Source: Chrysemys picta bellii (lineage: Eukaryota). Taken from it: 64,000 nucleotides of DNA. The notes beneath the pieces were generated by a model. That model was not told where the DNA came from and ran no database searches. It saw only the letters and a list, made by a program, of their open reading frames with translations. This document shows, piece after piece, positions 23,466 to 35,975 of this stretch. Both the position numbers and the translations under genes were made by a program. Numbering within the stretch: the first letter of the stretch is position 1; the number at the start of each line of letters is the position of its first letter. The stretch lies in NCBI RefSeq assembly GCF_011386835.1, contig NC_088798.1, positions 104,532,001 through 104,596,000 of the forward strand, given 5' to 3'.

Positions 23466-25257
23466 TGTAATCTTACTCCCCTCTCCTACCCCACAGATGC
23501 TTTATCTGCTAGGCTCAAACATGCTTTGTTTTAAATCGCTGGTAGAAGTACTCCTCAGCACAGCAGAAAAGGGGAGTTGATATTCTTACCCGTGCACCCT
23601 GTGACGGCTCAGTGGCACAGTAGGTCATCCACTTCCACACACAGCCCCCAGCAAGCTCACATCTAGAGCCATTCCTGGGCTACCCCATTACAAGGTTTTC
23701 CTAGGTGGTCCGTTATTGACCAGCCAAGTTCTCATTGATAAAACAAGGGGATTCCAGTAAACTTCCACATCCATCATTATACTATGGAACAATCCGATTG
23801 GAGCAGACACATTGTCCTCGCTCCAGTGTTGTGGCAAATGGCAGAAGAGCCAGTTGTCATCACATCAAGTCGCCTTGCAATTGTTCTGCTGAAACATTTG
23901 ACACCAGCATTGACAGGTGGTGGCTGCTCAGAGAAATCCAAGCTTAAGGGCAGTGCTGTAAAAATGTAATTTTGGTTGAGATGGCGGGGGGTGGGGGATG
24001 ATAAGGCAGTGTGGTAATCGGGGAATGTGGGTGAAATAAGTTACTAATGGCTTTCTGACACATAAGGAGATAGCATGTTAAAGGAAATTACATCCAACTC
24101 TGCTAAGAAACCAAACCCTGGGCTGGGTGTAGGGGGCTGACTGTCAGGCAGAAACGCGTACTGCATATAAAGGAGGGGAGTGCTTGAGATCACCAATACC
24201 CCACTGGGAGAATCAGGAACCTATGCCATTTTCCCTGCTAGCTACTGGTTGGTGTGTTACACTTCCTTTCCTACCTCTAACAACTTGCTGTCTGAGGTTA
24301 CACACCACGGTTTTCATATTCACACCACTTGATTACAATGATCTACGGAGGGCCTGATGTGCTCAGATTTTCTTTTTTACTTCAATAATAGTCAGGATCA
24401 GATCCTGCCAATTTAAGATGCAGTACACAATTGGTGCAGCCCCAAAAAACAATGATTCTGTATTGAAGTACTTGCCAAGCTGATCATACAAATCAATGCT
24501 TGATAAAAACATTAATGGGGTCCCACTAGGGAAGAGAGGACATCCTACATAACACCTCGATGGCAAGCAAGACCTTCATGCAACACATGCAGAAAGTGGT
24601 CAACAAGGGTGTTTTGACCTTTTGAATGCACACAAGCACAGTCTATAGAACAGAGCTATCCATCAAAGGAAGAATGCTACCCAAAAAAAAGGGCAGAGCA
24701 GAACCCATGTATGTTCCGAACACTCACCCTGGCTAATAGAAAAGCTCCAGGTCAACTATGCAGTTTCTACATTTGTTTAGTTGTTTTTGTCAAAGTCTGA
24801 CGATAATCGTACTGTAACCTTGCAAAACTGGTCTTGTTTTCTTTTTGAATGGGTGAGTAATAATATATATATTTTTGCATCGTTGTGGTTAGGCTAGGCA
24901 AGTAATTTTGTATCCTGGCTGGTAAAAGTGCAATTTTAAAAGGCTGCCTTATTTGTAAATAACGTAACATACAACCACTGTGTTTGTAATGCCAACGAGA
25001 CCATCCAGAGGAAAAGCATGCACCTCAGTTAATTACAACCTGGGGCACTCACCACTGCAATGCAACACTCACACGGGGAACATGCATTCCTCTGCCCGCC
25101 CCCAGAAGCACACCTGGGCAAACTGAACAAGAAAAAAAGCCAGTCTACGTGTTTAAAGGTTTATGCCTATGAAGTACTGTCCAGCTCTGAGCCCATCTCC
25201 CTCCCCTTTGCCTGTGAGCTGGAGGCCATGTTTACATTCAGAAATCTGGTTGCAGAA

Positions 25258-25263
25258 AATAAA
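25258..25263 (+). terminator. Candidate MYOZ3 polyadenylation signal
   Basis: AATAAA about 1.8 kb after the stop codon. Motif only. Confidence 0.3.
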
Positions 25264-26677
25264 TCAGCTACATTTGAAAACTTGTCTCCGTTCAATACTT
25301 GTCAAATTAGTGCTTGCAGAATAAGGCACTGACTGGCTTGAGTCAAGCCCAGTACAAGCAGGTGCTGTGCCAGCTTCCCCCGCACAGATCTGTCAATGGG
25401 TCGTCAAAAGCCTGTCCTGTAACAGGCTATTCTGGGAGCTGCTGAACGGTACCCAGTTGTGCTGTATTTTGATATTTTTACTGACTGAGGGCTAAACCTG
25501 AGACCAGCAACACTCATTTCCCTGTAACCTATGCCAAGTTTAAACCCAAGTCTCCAGAGAGGAAAGGCCAGTGCACTAACCGAGGGCACCCCCTAGAGTA
25601 CTGTACTCTCCTATGCAAGATCCGACATGGTGCCTGCAACGTCAGAACTTCACAACGCACCTAAGCATTCCAAAGTGCAGCGTGGTGAAGCAGAACTGGG
25701 GCTGTACTCTCGCTATCTCACGCCACTCTTCATCAGAGGGCTCAGCCAAACAAGGTCAGACAATACTCAGACACATTTTGCCTCTGGAAGCAGGGTCCAA
25801 ACATTTGGAAAATCTGCCCATTTTAATTAAAAAACCCAAACCAAGTAAATAAGGAGTTCTCTCATCACACGTGTCTGTTTACCAAAACATATCTACAGAT
25901 CAGTTACATCAAAGCAACAGACTTTGGTACTTTAAAATCCCCCACCTGGACTCCTAAGCACTGTATTAAATTACAGACTTTATACAGAGAACAGATGCAC
26001 CAGGGTGAATGCTGAACACAGAGCTCTTAAAAAAAAAAAAAAAAAAAAGAATCACACAACCTATCAAACGAAAAATGGTTTGGTCCATTTCACAGGTTGA
26101 GAGCCATTTTACACAAAGGCCACAAAAGCGATAGTTCAGACTGGATGAGCTTGCAGTATTACTGCTGCCTCATTCCTGGCAGTTTCAGTAACAATGTTCA
26201 TTCCCCAAGGTGAGGGGCAGGAAGGTCCCAGCTGGCCTATATGAAACAGATGGCTGCTTGAGCATCTGTCTGGGTCATGCTGGAATTGGCAGTAGGGGAA
26301 TTGTTTGCATTACCTAGCATGTAACTGACTGACTGACTATAGGGGCTTAGGCTTCTCCAGTTTCTCACGATCAGAAGAAAAGCAACCCGAAAAAGAGGAA
26401 AAAAAGTCACAGTAAGTAGAAGGAGAAATCCCTGGAAGCTGTGCCCCTGATGCTGGTTTCCTTTCCCCTCAGTGTTATCTTGGAGCATTCTGGCTTAGTG
26501 CTAGAGGACCTGGTATCTTTTTTCAATGATGAATCACTAGTTATTTGACTCCGGAATGAATATTACTAGGGAAATCTCCAGTTAAGTCTGCACAAGAGAC
26601 CCCAATCCATTCCAGGGTGGAACTTGCTGAGGCTATCAAAGCGGCTGAAGGTGTGTTTTTTTTCCCCAGGAGACAAA

Positions 26678-26683
26678 TTTATT
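26678..26683 (-). terminator. Candidate RBM22 polyadenylation signal (alternative ATTAAA at 25822-25827)
   Basis: tttatt on + reads AATAAA on -, about 310 nt after the stop codon. Confidence 0.35.
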
Positions 26684-26989
26684 TCAAAATGTGCAAAATT
26701 GAATACACTGATGGGATTGTAATTCTAGTACAACTCATTCATGGACCCTCTAGATCACGTCTCTCCACATTCCTCCCCCACACCCACCCACCCACGATAG
26801 TAAGTGAATGATTCAAGTTATATGAATGACCAGATTAGCTAGTGGCAACACAACAGAGCTCAGCTTGCCCTGTGCGTGCAAGCAGGAAGCAAGGCTTAGT
26901 CTCCAGCTCGCCCACAGCTGAACATATTATGCTACCATGGGAACCAAAAAAATGACATCTACTCAAACGGTGAACAGGTCAATGGGGTG

Positions 26990-27120
26990 CTAGGGAGTGT
27001 TGTGCTTCCCAGCGTGGGCACCCATCCTCTGTGGATCTTGAGAAGGGTAGTGGATGGGGCCTGGGGCTCTCATGAAGGGAGGTGGAGGCCCCATAGTGTG
27101 GAACATGTGTGGTCCAAAAC
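26990..27120 (-). CDS. RBM22: RBM22 exon 11 ([43 protein letters not shown])
   Basis: gtgtctacag|GT acceptor, TAG stop. Matches the recalled RBM22 C-terminus. Confidence 0.95.
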
Positions 27121-27879
27121 CTGTAGACACAGAACACAAGTGTCAGATTACCAGGCGTCCTGATGAAGTATTTTACTGTTGCCTATTTGTCGTTCAAGCC
27201 AGATAAGCAAAACATACTTGAGCCCACGGAAAGGGTGCCCCCTCTCCTCCTTCACCAATTCCTGAGGAATCCCAATTTACTCCCTTTTAACCTTTCTGGA
27301 AGCATAATGAACAGCTGAGGACATGTTGCTAGTCAGTGACAGTGCAGATTCCAGTTCTGCGAGTGCTGTTCCCCTGCTCCCTATTATATTATGAACTTCT
27401 GAACGTTTTGTTTTCACTACTGAGCATACCAGAAGTATTCGGGTAACAAGACCATCCAGCGCATTTGGACAAACTCAACCCTCCTGAAGTTCCACAGGGA
27501 AAAGGCTTCACGTTTTGAATATACAAACAGTCAAATATTGACACTAACGTTCTGTCTGTTTAGAGTCACTCCTAAAAGTTAGCCATGTAAACCCCACGTT
27601 GTCCCTATCAGCTAAGCAGGGTGGGCCTCAGCACAGTTTATGGGATTCTCCTGGGTACTGCAGAATTTTGCAGAGAACATATTACCCCACAGGCAGTTCT
27701 GTCTAACAGAGCCAGTTCTACAGCACAAGCTGTTTCATAAACCCAGATCGCGCTTAGTAGGTACCACACAAAGGCACCGGCTAGTAGGTAATCTGGCAAG
27801 TAGGGATTGATTCCAGGCCTCTTTGGTAAAGGACATAGTTCTACCTCTCCCCACTGAGGGGGAAGGGGGAGGGAATTAC

Positions 27880-28011
27880 CTGGAGGTGGGGGTGGAGCAA
27901 TGCCGGGAGGTGGGGGCAGGGCAATGTTAACCACGGCTGGAGGGCCACTGGGAGGTAGGTTGAAGTAATTTGCAGACGCCTCTTCTTCTGCAGCTGGAGG
28001 AGGGGGAAGAG
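27880..28011 (-). CDS. RBM22: RBM22 exon 10 ([25 protein letters not shown]...PPPPG)
   Basis: tcttgaag|CT acceptor, CCAG|gtaatt donor, 132 nt. Confidence 0.95.
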
Positions 28012-28253
28012 CTTCAAGACACAAACATCCCTTGGTTACTGCTAGCAGGCAAAATATAAGCAAGTACCCACCCTTGGCCCTAAGGGGAGTGGCTGCAACC
28101 GTCTCTCCTGACAGGAACTTTGTTAGCAGTGTGTATCTAACAGATGCAGGATGCCAGTGAACCTCTAGAGTAACAGCCATGATCCCTTCCACAGGCTCTG
28201 ACCCTTCCACAACAAAAAGCCACCTGAATCAATTTTTTTTTAAATTTAAAATT

Positions 28254-28426
28254 TCTCCTAGAACTGGAAGGGACCTTGAAAGGTCATCTAGTCCAGCCCC
28301 CTGCCTTCACTAGCAGGACCAAGTACTGATTTTGCCCCAGATCCCTAAGTGGCCCCCTCAAGGACTGAACTCACGACCCTGGGTTTAGCAGGCCAATGCT
28401 CAAACCACTGAGCTATCCCTCCCCCC
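28254..28426 (-). mobile_element. Tortoise PolIII/SINE (tRNA-derived head, CR1-derived tail)
   Basis: Reverse complement gggggagggatagctcagtggtttgagcattggcctgctaaacccagggtcgtgagttcagtcc (A and B boxes) ... tcaaggtcccttccagttctaggaga. Confidence 0.9.
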
Positions 28427-28833
28427 TACTCTAAACAACTGGGATTGCCTGCCCAAACAGATGACACTGAATGGCTCAAGAACACACAACCAGAGCTTAT
28501 GCCACAGAAGGTCTCAATTATTTAAGTGCCTTTATTGTAACCATTGTAACTTTTCAATCATCCTGTAAAAAAGGCCTTGAGGCACCTTGAATTTCTTTCT
28601 AGCCAAAGATCCCTTCATTGCCCATAAATACAAGACTCTCTAGCCAGCTCTTATTCGAACCCAGGTTCACTAACTGCTCTGAGAGTGGAATGTGCAGCTG
28701 CCCTACTGACCCCAGCTCCCAATGGTAGAGAGAGCAAACTAAGAAGTGTAACTCTGTTCTGCCTCATGGCAGCAAGTGACCTGCTGTTCTGTGTTTGAGA
28801 GGGCAGTCACTGGTATGGAACCATTTCCCTTAC

Positions 28834-28922
28834 CTCCAGGTAGTCCTGGGACTGGCTCCAGCTTTATACCAGATTCTGTAGTACCTTCTTTCTCCTTCTC
28901 TTTCCCTCTTGCTGCTTGGGAC
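28834..28922 (-). CDS. RBM22: RBM22 exon 9 ([29 protein letters not shown])
   Basis: atttcag|G acceptor, GGAG|gtaagg donor, 89 nt. Confidence 0.95.
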
Positions 28923-29393
28923 CTGAAATCAAAGCCAAAAGCATTAGAACTGAAGAGGGAGGTGACAGAGTGGGCAGACCCTCACAAGAGAGTGTTTTAC
29001 GTCACCAATCCCAGACCCACTGCTTCAGGCCAAGGATGAAGAGCTTACAGAATGCTAATAGCAGGGACTTGGTAAATTGGCACGAACGGAGTTAGTGCTG
29101 TTTTTTCAGACAGCAGCATACCCACCCCAAAATAGAATTTCTCAAAGCGACCCAATGCCAATTACCTTCCAACACCTCACTCCCCACCAAAAGACAGGCA
29201 ACCCAGTAAATATTTGGGTCTTTTACACACTTGGCTTCTGTTCTAAGGCACCAAGACTGCTTTTGAGTTGAATAAGGAACAGTACATGACTCTGAAGTGC
29301 TCAGTTAAAAGTGGATTCTCCCAAAACAATATCCAGAGGAAAACCTCCAAAAAGGAAATAAATGCTTCCCCTCTTCCTCTCCCACTTGCTCAC

Positions 29394-29558
29394 CTCCCCC
29401 ACTTGACATTGAGTCTGCGTCCATTGACAATGAGCTTGTTAAAGGATTTCTCAGCAGCCACTTCTGCAGCTTGCCGTGTGGCAAACTGGATGAATGCACA
29501 CTGCTGCCTCTGTACCACGGTTATCGTCCGGATCTCCCCAAACTGGTAGAAGTGATTT
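29394..29558 (-). CDS. RBM22: RBM22 exon 8, RRM ([25 protein letters not shown]...NVKWG)
   Basis: ccttgcag|A acceptor, GGAG|gtgagc donor, 165 nt. Confidence 0.96.
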
Positions 29559-30252
29559 CTGCAAGGAAAGGACACCAAAATTGGATTCTGCTCCTCTTCT
29601 CCATAAAAACATAATACATTAAAGGTCTCACATGCTCACACCCTGGGAAGACAAGCATCCTTTCCCCTCTGTATCACCGATTCAAATCCAGTGTTAGAAA
29701 AGAGGGGAAATGCCTGTCACAGACCTTTAATCCCTACATACAATTATGCAGCAACAGTGCCAGGCTCTAACAGGGGTTTCTTCAGAATTCAGGAATTAGG
29801 AGGATGGAGGTTAGATCAGGGGATTTCAATTGTAAATGTGCAAAATGGGATCCTCTGGGCACCAACAGCAATGATGCATTTTGGGGGGGATTTTTGGTGG
29901 AGGTAGAAGAGAAGAATTTAAACACAGCACACAAGATGTTGCTTAGACTTAACCGTATTCCCACCTCCAGGAATTCTGCACTCCTCTAAATAGACCTATT
30001 AGCCAGCTTCTTGTTAGGGAAAAGTGAACAAGAGCGGTCACTCACTTCTGACTGGTATGGACAAATGAAGGGGCTGCATAACCAAGGGATGAACGGCCTC
30101 CTTCATTCTCATTCAGGCACAGCAACCTCAACAAAATACTTGCTAAAGATGAACACCGTGACAAGCATCTTAGGAAAATTTTAGCAAGCTAATTCTCAGT
30201 TATCAAGACATCAAGCTGAAAAGCAAATGCGAACTCAGATGTACCAATGTAC

Positions 30253-30453
30253 CTCAGATCAGTCTCGGTGATGGTATCTCCCAAGCCTCCTACATATAGC
30301 GTGGTAATGGTCTTGTCATCAGGTGGGTCCAGACGAGGCATGGTTGAAGCCCGTTTCAGAAGCTTATCAGCTACAGGGTCATTAATACCATAGTAACGAT
30401 CTTTGATGTTCTGATCAGCCAGAGGATCGTCTGGGTCTGTAGGTTTCTCATGT
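30253..30453 (-). CDS. RBM22: RBM22 exon 7 ([22 protein letters not shown]...[15 protein letters not shown])
   Basis: actttag|A acceptor, TGAG|gtacat donor, 201 nt. Confidence 0.96.
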
Positions 30454-30944
30454 CTAAAGTATAGTAAACAAAGCATTTCATAACATTGCGCTGTTACAAC
30501 TGCACCAGACTAACACGACTGCGACAGCCACCTTTCTCCTTAAAAGGCTATCTGAGGACTAACAGCATTCAAATAATCACACCAGAATGAAACAATTAAA
30601 GAGCCCGAAGAACTCAAATTACTTATTAATTTATTATAGCATTTGCCACTTAGCGTTTTAACAAATAGCAGCTCAGACAGCTCAACCAAGGTTCCGTGAA
30701 ATTTTAAGAGCCAGATTTCAAACAAAGTTACTTGCTGAGATATGTTCAGATCACTGCCTGTGGGACAGTATTTTCTGCTGCAAGGACTGATGTTGCAAAG
30801 AGAGGCAATGAACAATGTAAGAGAAAAGCTGCATTTGTTATGGTGATTGATGTTTCAGCTCACTGCTGAATACACACAGTATGATCAAGAAAGATCTTGC
30901 TGCAAAGGGATTCATTCACTGGTGATATGTGTCAAGTTAACATT

Positions 30945-32202
30945 CAGTTTCAGAAAGCCTTTGACAAGGTCCCTTATCAAAGGCTCTTAACCAAAGTAAG
31001 CTGTTCTGGGATAAGAGGGAAGCTCCTCTCATGGATTAAAAAGACAGGAAACAAAGGGTAGGAATAAATGGTCAGTTTTCAGAATGAAGAGAGGTAAATA
31101 GTGGTATCCCCCAGGGGTCTATACTGCGACCAGGGCTGTCTGACATATTCATAAATGATCTGGAAAAAGGGGTAGACAGTGAGGTGGCAAAATTTGAAGA
31201 GGATACAAAATTACTCAAGAGAGTTAAGTCCAAAGCAGACTGTGAAGAGTTATAAAGGAATCTCACAAACCTGGGCAACAAAACAGCAGATGAAATTCAA
31301 TGTTGATAAATGCAAAGTAATGCACCTTGGAAAACATAATCCCAACTACATATACAAAATGATGGGGTCTATATTAGCTGTTACCACTCAAGAAAGATCT
31401 TGAAGTCGTGGATAGTTCTCTGAAAACATCTGCTCAATGTGCAGCAGCCGTCAAAAAAGCGAACAGAATGTTGGGAATCATTAGGAAAGGGATAGATAAT
31501 AAGACAGAAAATATCATAATGCTACTATATAAATCACCGGTTTGCCCACACCTTGAATACTGTGTGTTGTTTTGGTTGCCCCATCTCAAAAAAAATACAT
31601 TAGAATTGGAAGAGGTCCAGAGAAGGGCAACAAAAATGATTAAGGGTATGGGACAGCTTCCATACGAGAAGAGATTAGAAAGAGAGGGGACTTTTCAGCT
31701 TGGAAAAGAGACGACTAAAGGGGGATATGACAGAGGTCTACAAAATCATAAATGGTCTGGAGAACGTGAATAAGAACGTGTTATTTACCCCTTCACATAA
31801 CACTAGAACCAGGGGTCACTCAATGACATTAATAGGCAGCAGATTTAAAAACAAACAAAAGTACTACTTCACACAACGCACAGTCAGCCTGTGGAACTCA
31901 TTGCCAGGGAACGTTGTGAAGGCCAAAAGTATAACTGCATTCAAAAAAAGAATTAGATGAGTTCATGGAGGACAGGTTCATCAATGGCTATTACTCAAGA
32001 TGGTCAGGGATGCAACCCCCCATTCTGCGTGTCCTAAATCTCTAACTGACAGAAGCTGGGAGTGGACGACAAGGGATAGATCACTCAATGATTGCCCTAT
32101 TCTGTTCATTCCCTGTGAAGCATCTGGCATTGGCGACTATCGGAAGACAGACTACTGGGCAACATGGACCGTTGGTCTGACCCAGCGTGGCTGTTTTTAT
32201 GT
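30945..32202 (+). mobile_element. 5-prime-truncated CR1 LINE (RT C-terminus plus 3-prime UTR), frameshifted, antisense in RBM22 intron 6
   Basis: Begins near ttcagaaagcctttgacaagg (FQKAFDKVP). Fragments KFNVDKCKVMHLG, ANRMLGII, HLEYCV.FW.PH and [12 protein letters not shown]; ends with the CR1 ..tatgt tail. Confidence 0.92.
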
Positions 32203-32293
32203 AATTTTTCCTGCAACATCTGCAAAAATGCTTATGAAGACACTGCATTGCTTCCATTACATGAACATGTTAGCTTTTCAAACAAAACTGTAC

Positions 32294-32466
32294 CTGTAGG
32301 GACACTCTTCCCCTCTCTTGCATTCTCCTTTCACCCAAAAGGAACAGATGTGGGGTCGGTTGCGTTTATAGTAAGGGGTGGTCCGAGCCAGTTTAAGCAA
32401 CATGTCACTGGTAGAAGTAGCTTTTCCTAGAGCACCAACCGCTCTTGTGCCATCAGAGTTCGAAAT
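32294..32466 (-). CDS. RBM22: RBM22 exon 6, CCCH zinc finger (ISNSDGT...[21 protein letters not shown])
   Basis: ctgcttag|ATT acceptor, ACAG|gtacag donor, 173 nt. Confidence 0.96.
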
Positions 32467-32626
32467 CTAAGCAGTAGGTAAAGAATGCATATTTCATTGC
32501 TTGGGACAGGAAATTGATGCACATAATCTTGAAAACTTTCTGGTTTGTCTGATTATCTAGTTCATTTCATCTACAGCACAAGTGAAATAAGCCACCAACA
32601 GATTCTGTTTCAAATGCATTCCTTAC

Positions 32627-32727
32627 TTCTCTCTCCATGTTCTGGGTGTAATACTCTTTATTGACATCAGATTTAGGCATGTCATCCTTAAAAGAGAGTC
32701 CTGCATCTCGAACCTGAATAGGTAGAC
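32627..32727 (-). CDS. RBM22: RBM22 exon 5 ([34 protein letters not shown])
   Basis: aattttag|GT acceptor, GAA|gtaagg donor, 101 nt. Confidence 0.96.
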
Positions 32728-33540
32728 CTAAAATTAAATGGAAAAACAAAATTAATATTAACTGAAAGCAAAAAGACCAAAAATGGTTATTATAACATAC
32801 TAAGGTAGCTGTATTCAGAGATAGCAATCCTGAAGAGCAGTCAAATCTGTACTGATTCGTTGTTTTCCACTGCATTAATTAATATCCTCTGGATAGTATT
32901 ACTTCACCTGCCGTGAACGGTGAACTGAATGAGACTGAAAGTTTGTCTAGTTTTTTAAAAGCCTCTGCATATTCTACTGAAACATATTTGAATAGTGGGA
33001 TTCAGTTAATCACAAATATAACTCATCCTACATCTAGTGTCACTAATGGAACTATTTTCACTCTTGCCAGCAACAAAAGCATGCAATGTCAAGATTCTAA
33101 TCCTCTCTACAGTTAGAGTAAGATCCATTTGGTATCAAAGTCCAAACACACTTGGAAATTCATAGCAACTCAGTAGTATGAACACGAACAATCACATCAC
33201 AGCACTAGTGTGTATGGGAAGATCTTATTTTAGAATCGATACAATTATTAGACACGATTTAGTCTTGAATGAGCTGGAAAGTTTATGCACAGACAGGAGC
33301 ACCATTTGGCATATAGATGTGCCTTCTGGTATATCCTAGAAGAGGTCGTAGTCAATTTGTTCAACTTCTCTCTCATACAAACACCTCTAAATAAATATGC
33401 ATCTCCATGCCCTAGGCGCACAGTCATGGAGATACACATTTATTTAGAGATGTATTAAAACTATGCAGAGACAGGAGACAAGCAAAGTTAAGTCTCAATC
33501 TGTACTTCCAGTTTTTGGTAAATTGACCCCAGCTACACAC

Positions 33541-33673
33541 CATATTCCAGGTCAAGCAGGCAGGTCTGACACACATTCTTCAGCTTGCTACATGTTTGGC
33601 ACACTTCTGTCTTCTTAAAGCGCATTCGAACACCTGGGCACCAGCGAAACACTGTGAAGGGCCTGGCACAAAT
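33541..33673 (-). CDS. RBM22: RBM22 exon 4 ([44 protein letters not shown])
   Basis: ttgtcttag|ATT acceptor, TATG|gtgtgt donor, 133 nt. Confidence 0.96.
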
Positions 33674-34732
33674 CTAAGACAAAGAGAGCAGTGACTTGTA
33701 TCACTCTAACTGCAGCCAGCATTGACACTAGCATTCAAATTCTTATGGAAACTCAACTACTACTTATCACCTGCCTAACATTACTACCTTAATATGTAAA
33801 AATTAAAGCAAACAACTCAAAAACCCCAATCTTTTCTTGGTTGCCCCATTTTGACAGGAGAAGAAAGTTTTGGCTGGACTTTCTTGCAACGATTTGAATA
33901 CTCACACAACTTTCCTCAGAGCACAAGGCAAAGAGAACTTCCACTTAGTTCAAAGAGCTGTCACTAAAGGATCATTACAGCTAATTTGTAGGATATGTTT
34001 TCAAATTATATACTTGCTGGGATTGCAAGAGACCCAGTCCATCTGGCCACAGGCATTTAGGCCCAGAAAAGGATGGCCTTACTCTGAAATAATGCATACA
34101 GTCTCTGTGGGGAGGACGTTTCTACTTCCATTGTATACTGGACTCGGGGAAGGGGAGCTGGCTCTCAGTACATCAGTCTGGTTTCCTAACGAAAAGGAGA
34201 TGATGGTAGGAAGGAGGAAAAGAGGGAAACAATACATTTTAACTCCTCCACTGGAGTCAATACAAGGCATTCTGCTTTACATTTCCAAGGGATATCACTA
34301 AAGATTCTTGCTTTCTCCTTTTTGAAACACAAAGGCCGGCTTGTCTCAGAGATACCCAGCATGAACCACTTGCTGGCAGCGGAGTTACTGAGATCCAGAG
34401 GAAAGCCAAGTTCCATCTACCACCCATTTGCCAAGGCAAAAGTGAAGAGGAAATGAATTTTTAACAGGAAAATGCTAGATTGGTTAAATAAATTTAATAG
34501 TAATCCAGTCCAGCATTAACCACCATGTTATGAGATTTTTTTGGAGTAACAGCAACTGATAAATCCAGACTAAGTAGAGAATCAGATTTAAGTTCAAACC
34601 TTTTTGAGATGACTTTTCATTTCCCGCCCACTCTACTCTTTCTGAAACAGTTGTGCCAGTAACCTTCCCACCAGGAGTGCTGAACACTGCATCTTTTGGT
34701 GCCAACCTATGGATACAGTGAATCCACTAGGT

Positions 34733-35130
34733 CAGTGTTTCCCAAACTTGGGACGCCGTTTGTGTAGGGAAAGCCCCTGGCGGGCCGGGCCGGTTTGTTT
34801 ACCTGCCGCGTCCGCAGGTTCGGCCGATCGCGGCTCCCAATGGCCGCGGTTCACCGCTCCAGGCCAATGGGAGCTACTGGAAGCGGCGCAGGCCGAGGGA
34901 CGTGCTGGCTGCGGTTCGCCGCTCCAGGCCAATGGGAGCTGCTGGAAGCAGCGGCCAGCATGTCCCTCAGCCCGTGCTGCTTCCAGCAGCTCCCATTGGC
35001 CTGGAACACCGAACCATGGCCAGTGAGAGCTGCGATCGGCCGAACCTGCAGATGCGGCAGGTAACCAAACTGGCCCGGCCCGCCAGGGACTTTCCCTACA
35101 CAAGCAGCGTCCCAAGTTTGGGAAACACTG
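34733..35130. mobile_element. Fold-back hAT (Charlie-like) MITE, 398 bp, in RBM22 intron 3
   Basis: 24-bp perfect TIR cagtgtttcccaaacttgggacgc; arms continue imperfectly for ~150 bp. TSD cactaggt (34725-34732) / cactagga (35131-35138), 7/8 match. Confidence 0.9.
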
Positions 35131-35517
35131 CACTAGGAGGATGGGGTTAAAGAGCAACACCACACACTCCTGGGGTGAGGGGAAAGGAATTTGTATAACT
35201 AGGTGATTGGGTTATTTTTGTTTGGGTGTAATTATTCTCTTACAGGGTTTGAAACCTGAACCTTAGAGCACTGTGCTCTTGCAAGAGACTGAGTGAAAAT
35301 GACTAGAAACAAAAGTGAATCTGAACAATTCCAAATTTTTTTTTAAGTGAATAACCAGACTAAATAGTGAAATAAAGGAAATAACCCTAAACATTTTTCA
35401 GATTTAATAATTAAGGGTCCAATGCTGAAAAGATGTACAATCATCAGTAACTTCACTCACATGAGAAGCCCCACTGACTTTCATGGATAAATCACATGAC
35501 TAGAGTTATTAATTATT

Positions 35518-35690
35518 TTATTACTGTAGCACCTATGAGGCCTAGTCACAGACCAGGACCCAATTGTGCTAGGTGCTGCAGAGAAAGAGAAAAAGAAGAT
35601 GGTCCCTGCCCCCAAAGAGCTTGCAATCTAAGGGTAAGCCAAGAGACTACAGATGGATAGAGAGAGATGGGGGAGTATACAAGGAAACAA
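35518..35690 (-). mobile_element. L2-like LINE 3-prime fragment
   Basis: attgtgctaggtgctg..aagatggtccctgcccccaaagagcttgcaatcta resembles the reversed L2 terminus. Related pieces at ~115-160 and 59830-60030. Confidence 0.5.
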
Positions 35691-35945
35691 TGCAACAACA
35701 TTGGTCAGCATGATAGGCAGTGAGCACACCAGTAGCTTAACCGATGTCAAGTATTTGTAGGCATCAGGGCATTCACATGCTCAAGAGCTTGCAAAATCCA
35801 ACCCTTAAAGTGTTAACAAGAATAAGCAATTGTTTGAAGCTATCTATTGGATTGTTATCTCATATTTTCAGCATTATATCTTAATCCTAAATGGAAACTA
35901 ATGAGCTAGTCCAGAAGTCAACTCTTACAATGAAGACAAACATAC

Positions 35946-35975
35946 CTTGCATTCTTTTCCATATTTCTCTTTGGT
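35946..35975 (-). CDS. RBM22: RBM22 exon 3 (TKEKYGKECK)
   Basis: ttattccag|ACC acceptor, AAG|gtatgt donor, 30 nt. Confidence 0.95.

Noticed and set aside
24385-24420. snoRNA or other intronic ncRNA candidates in the MYOZ3-RBM22 interval
   Set aside because: No properly spaced C/D or H/ACA boxes with terminal stems were found by eye; an Infernal/Rfam scan would be needed.
27638-28210. 190-aa minus-strand ORF containing [15 protein letters not shown]
   Set aside because: It is RBM22 exon 10 with in-frame intron read-through on both sides, not a separate gene.
31179-31960. RT-like ORFs as a possible active reverse transcriptase
   Set aside because: Broken into several frames by stops and indels and 5-prime truncated; a dead CR1 copy.
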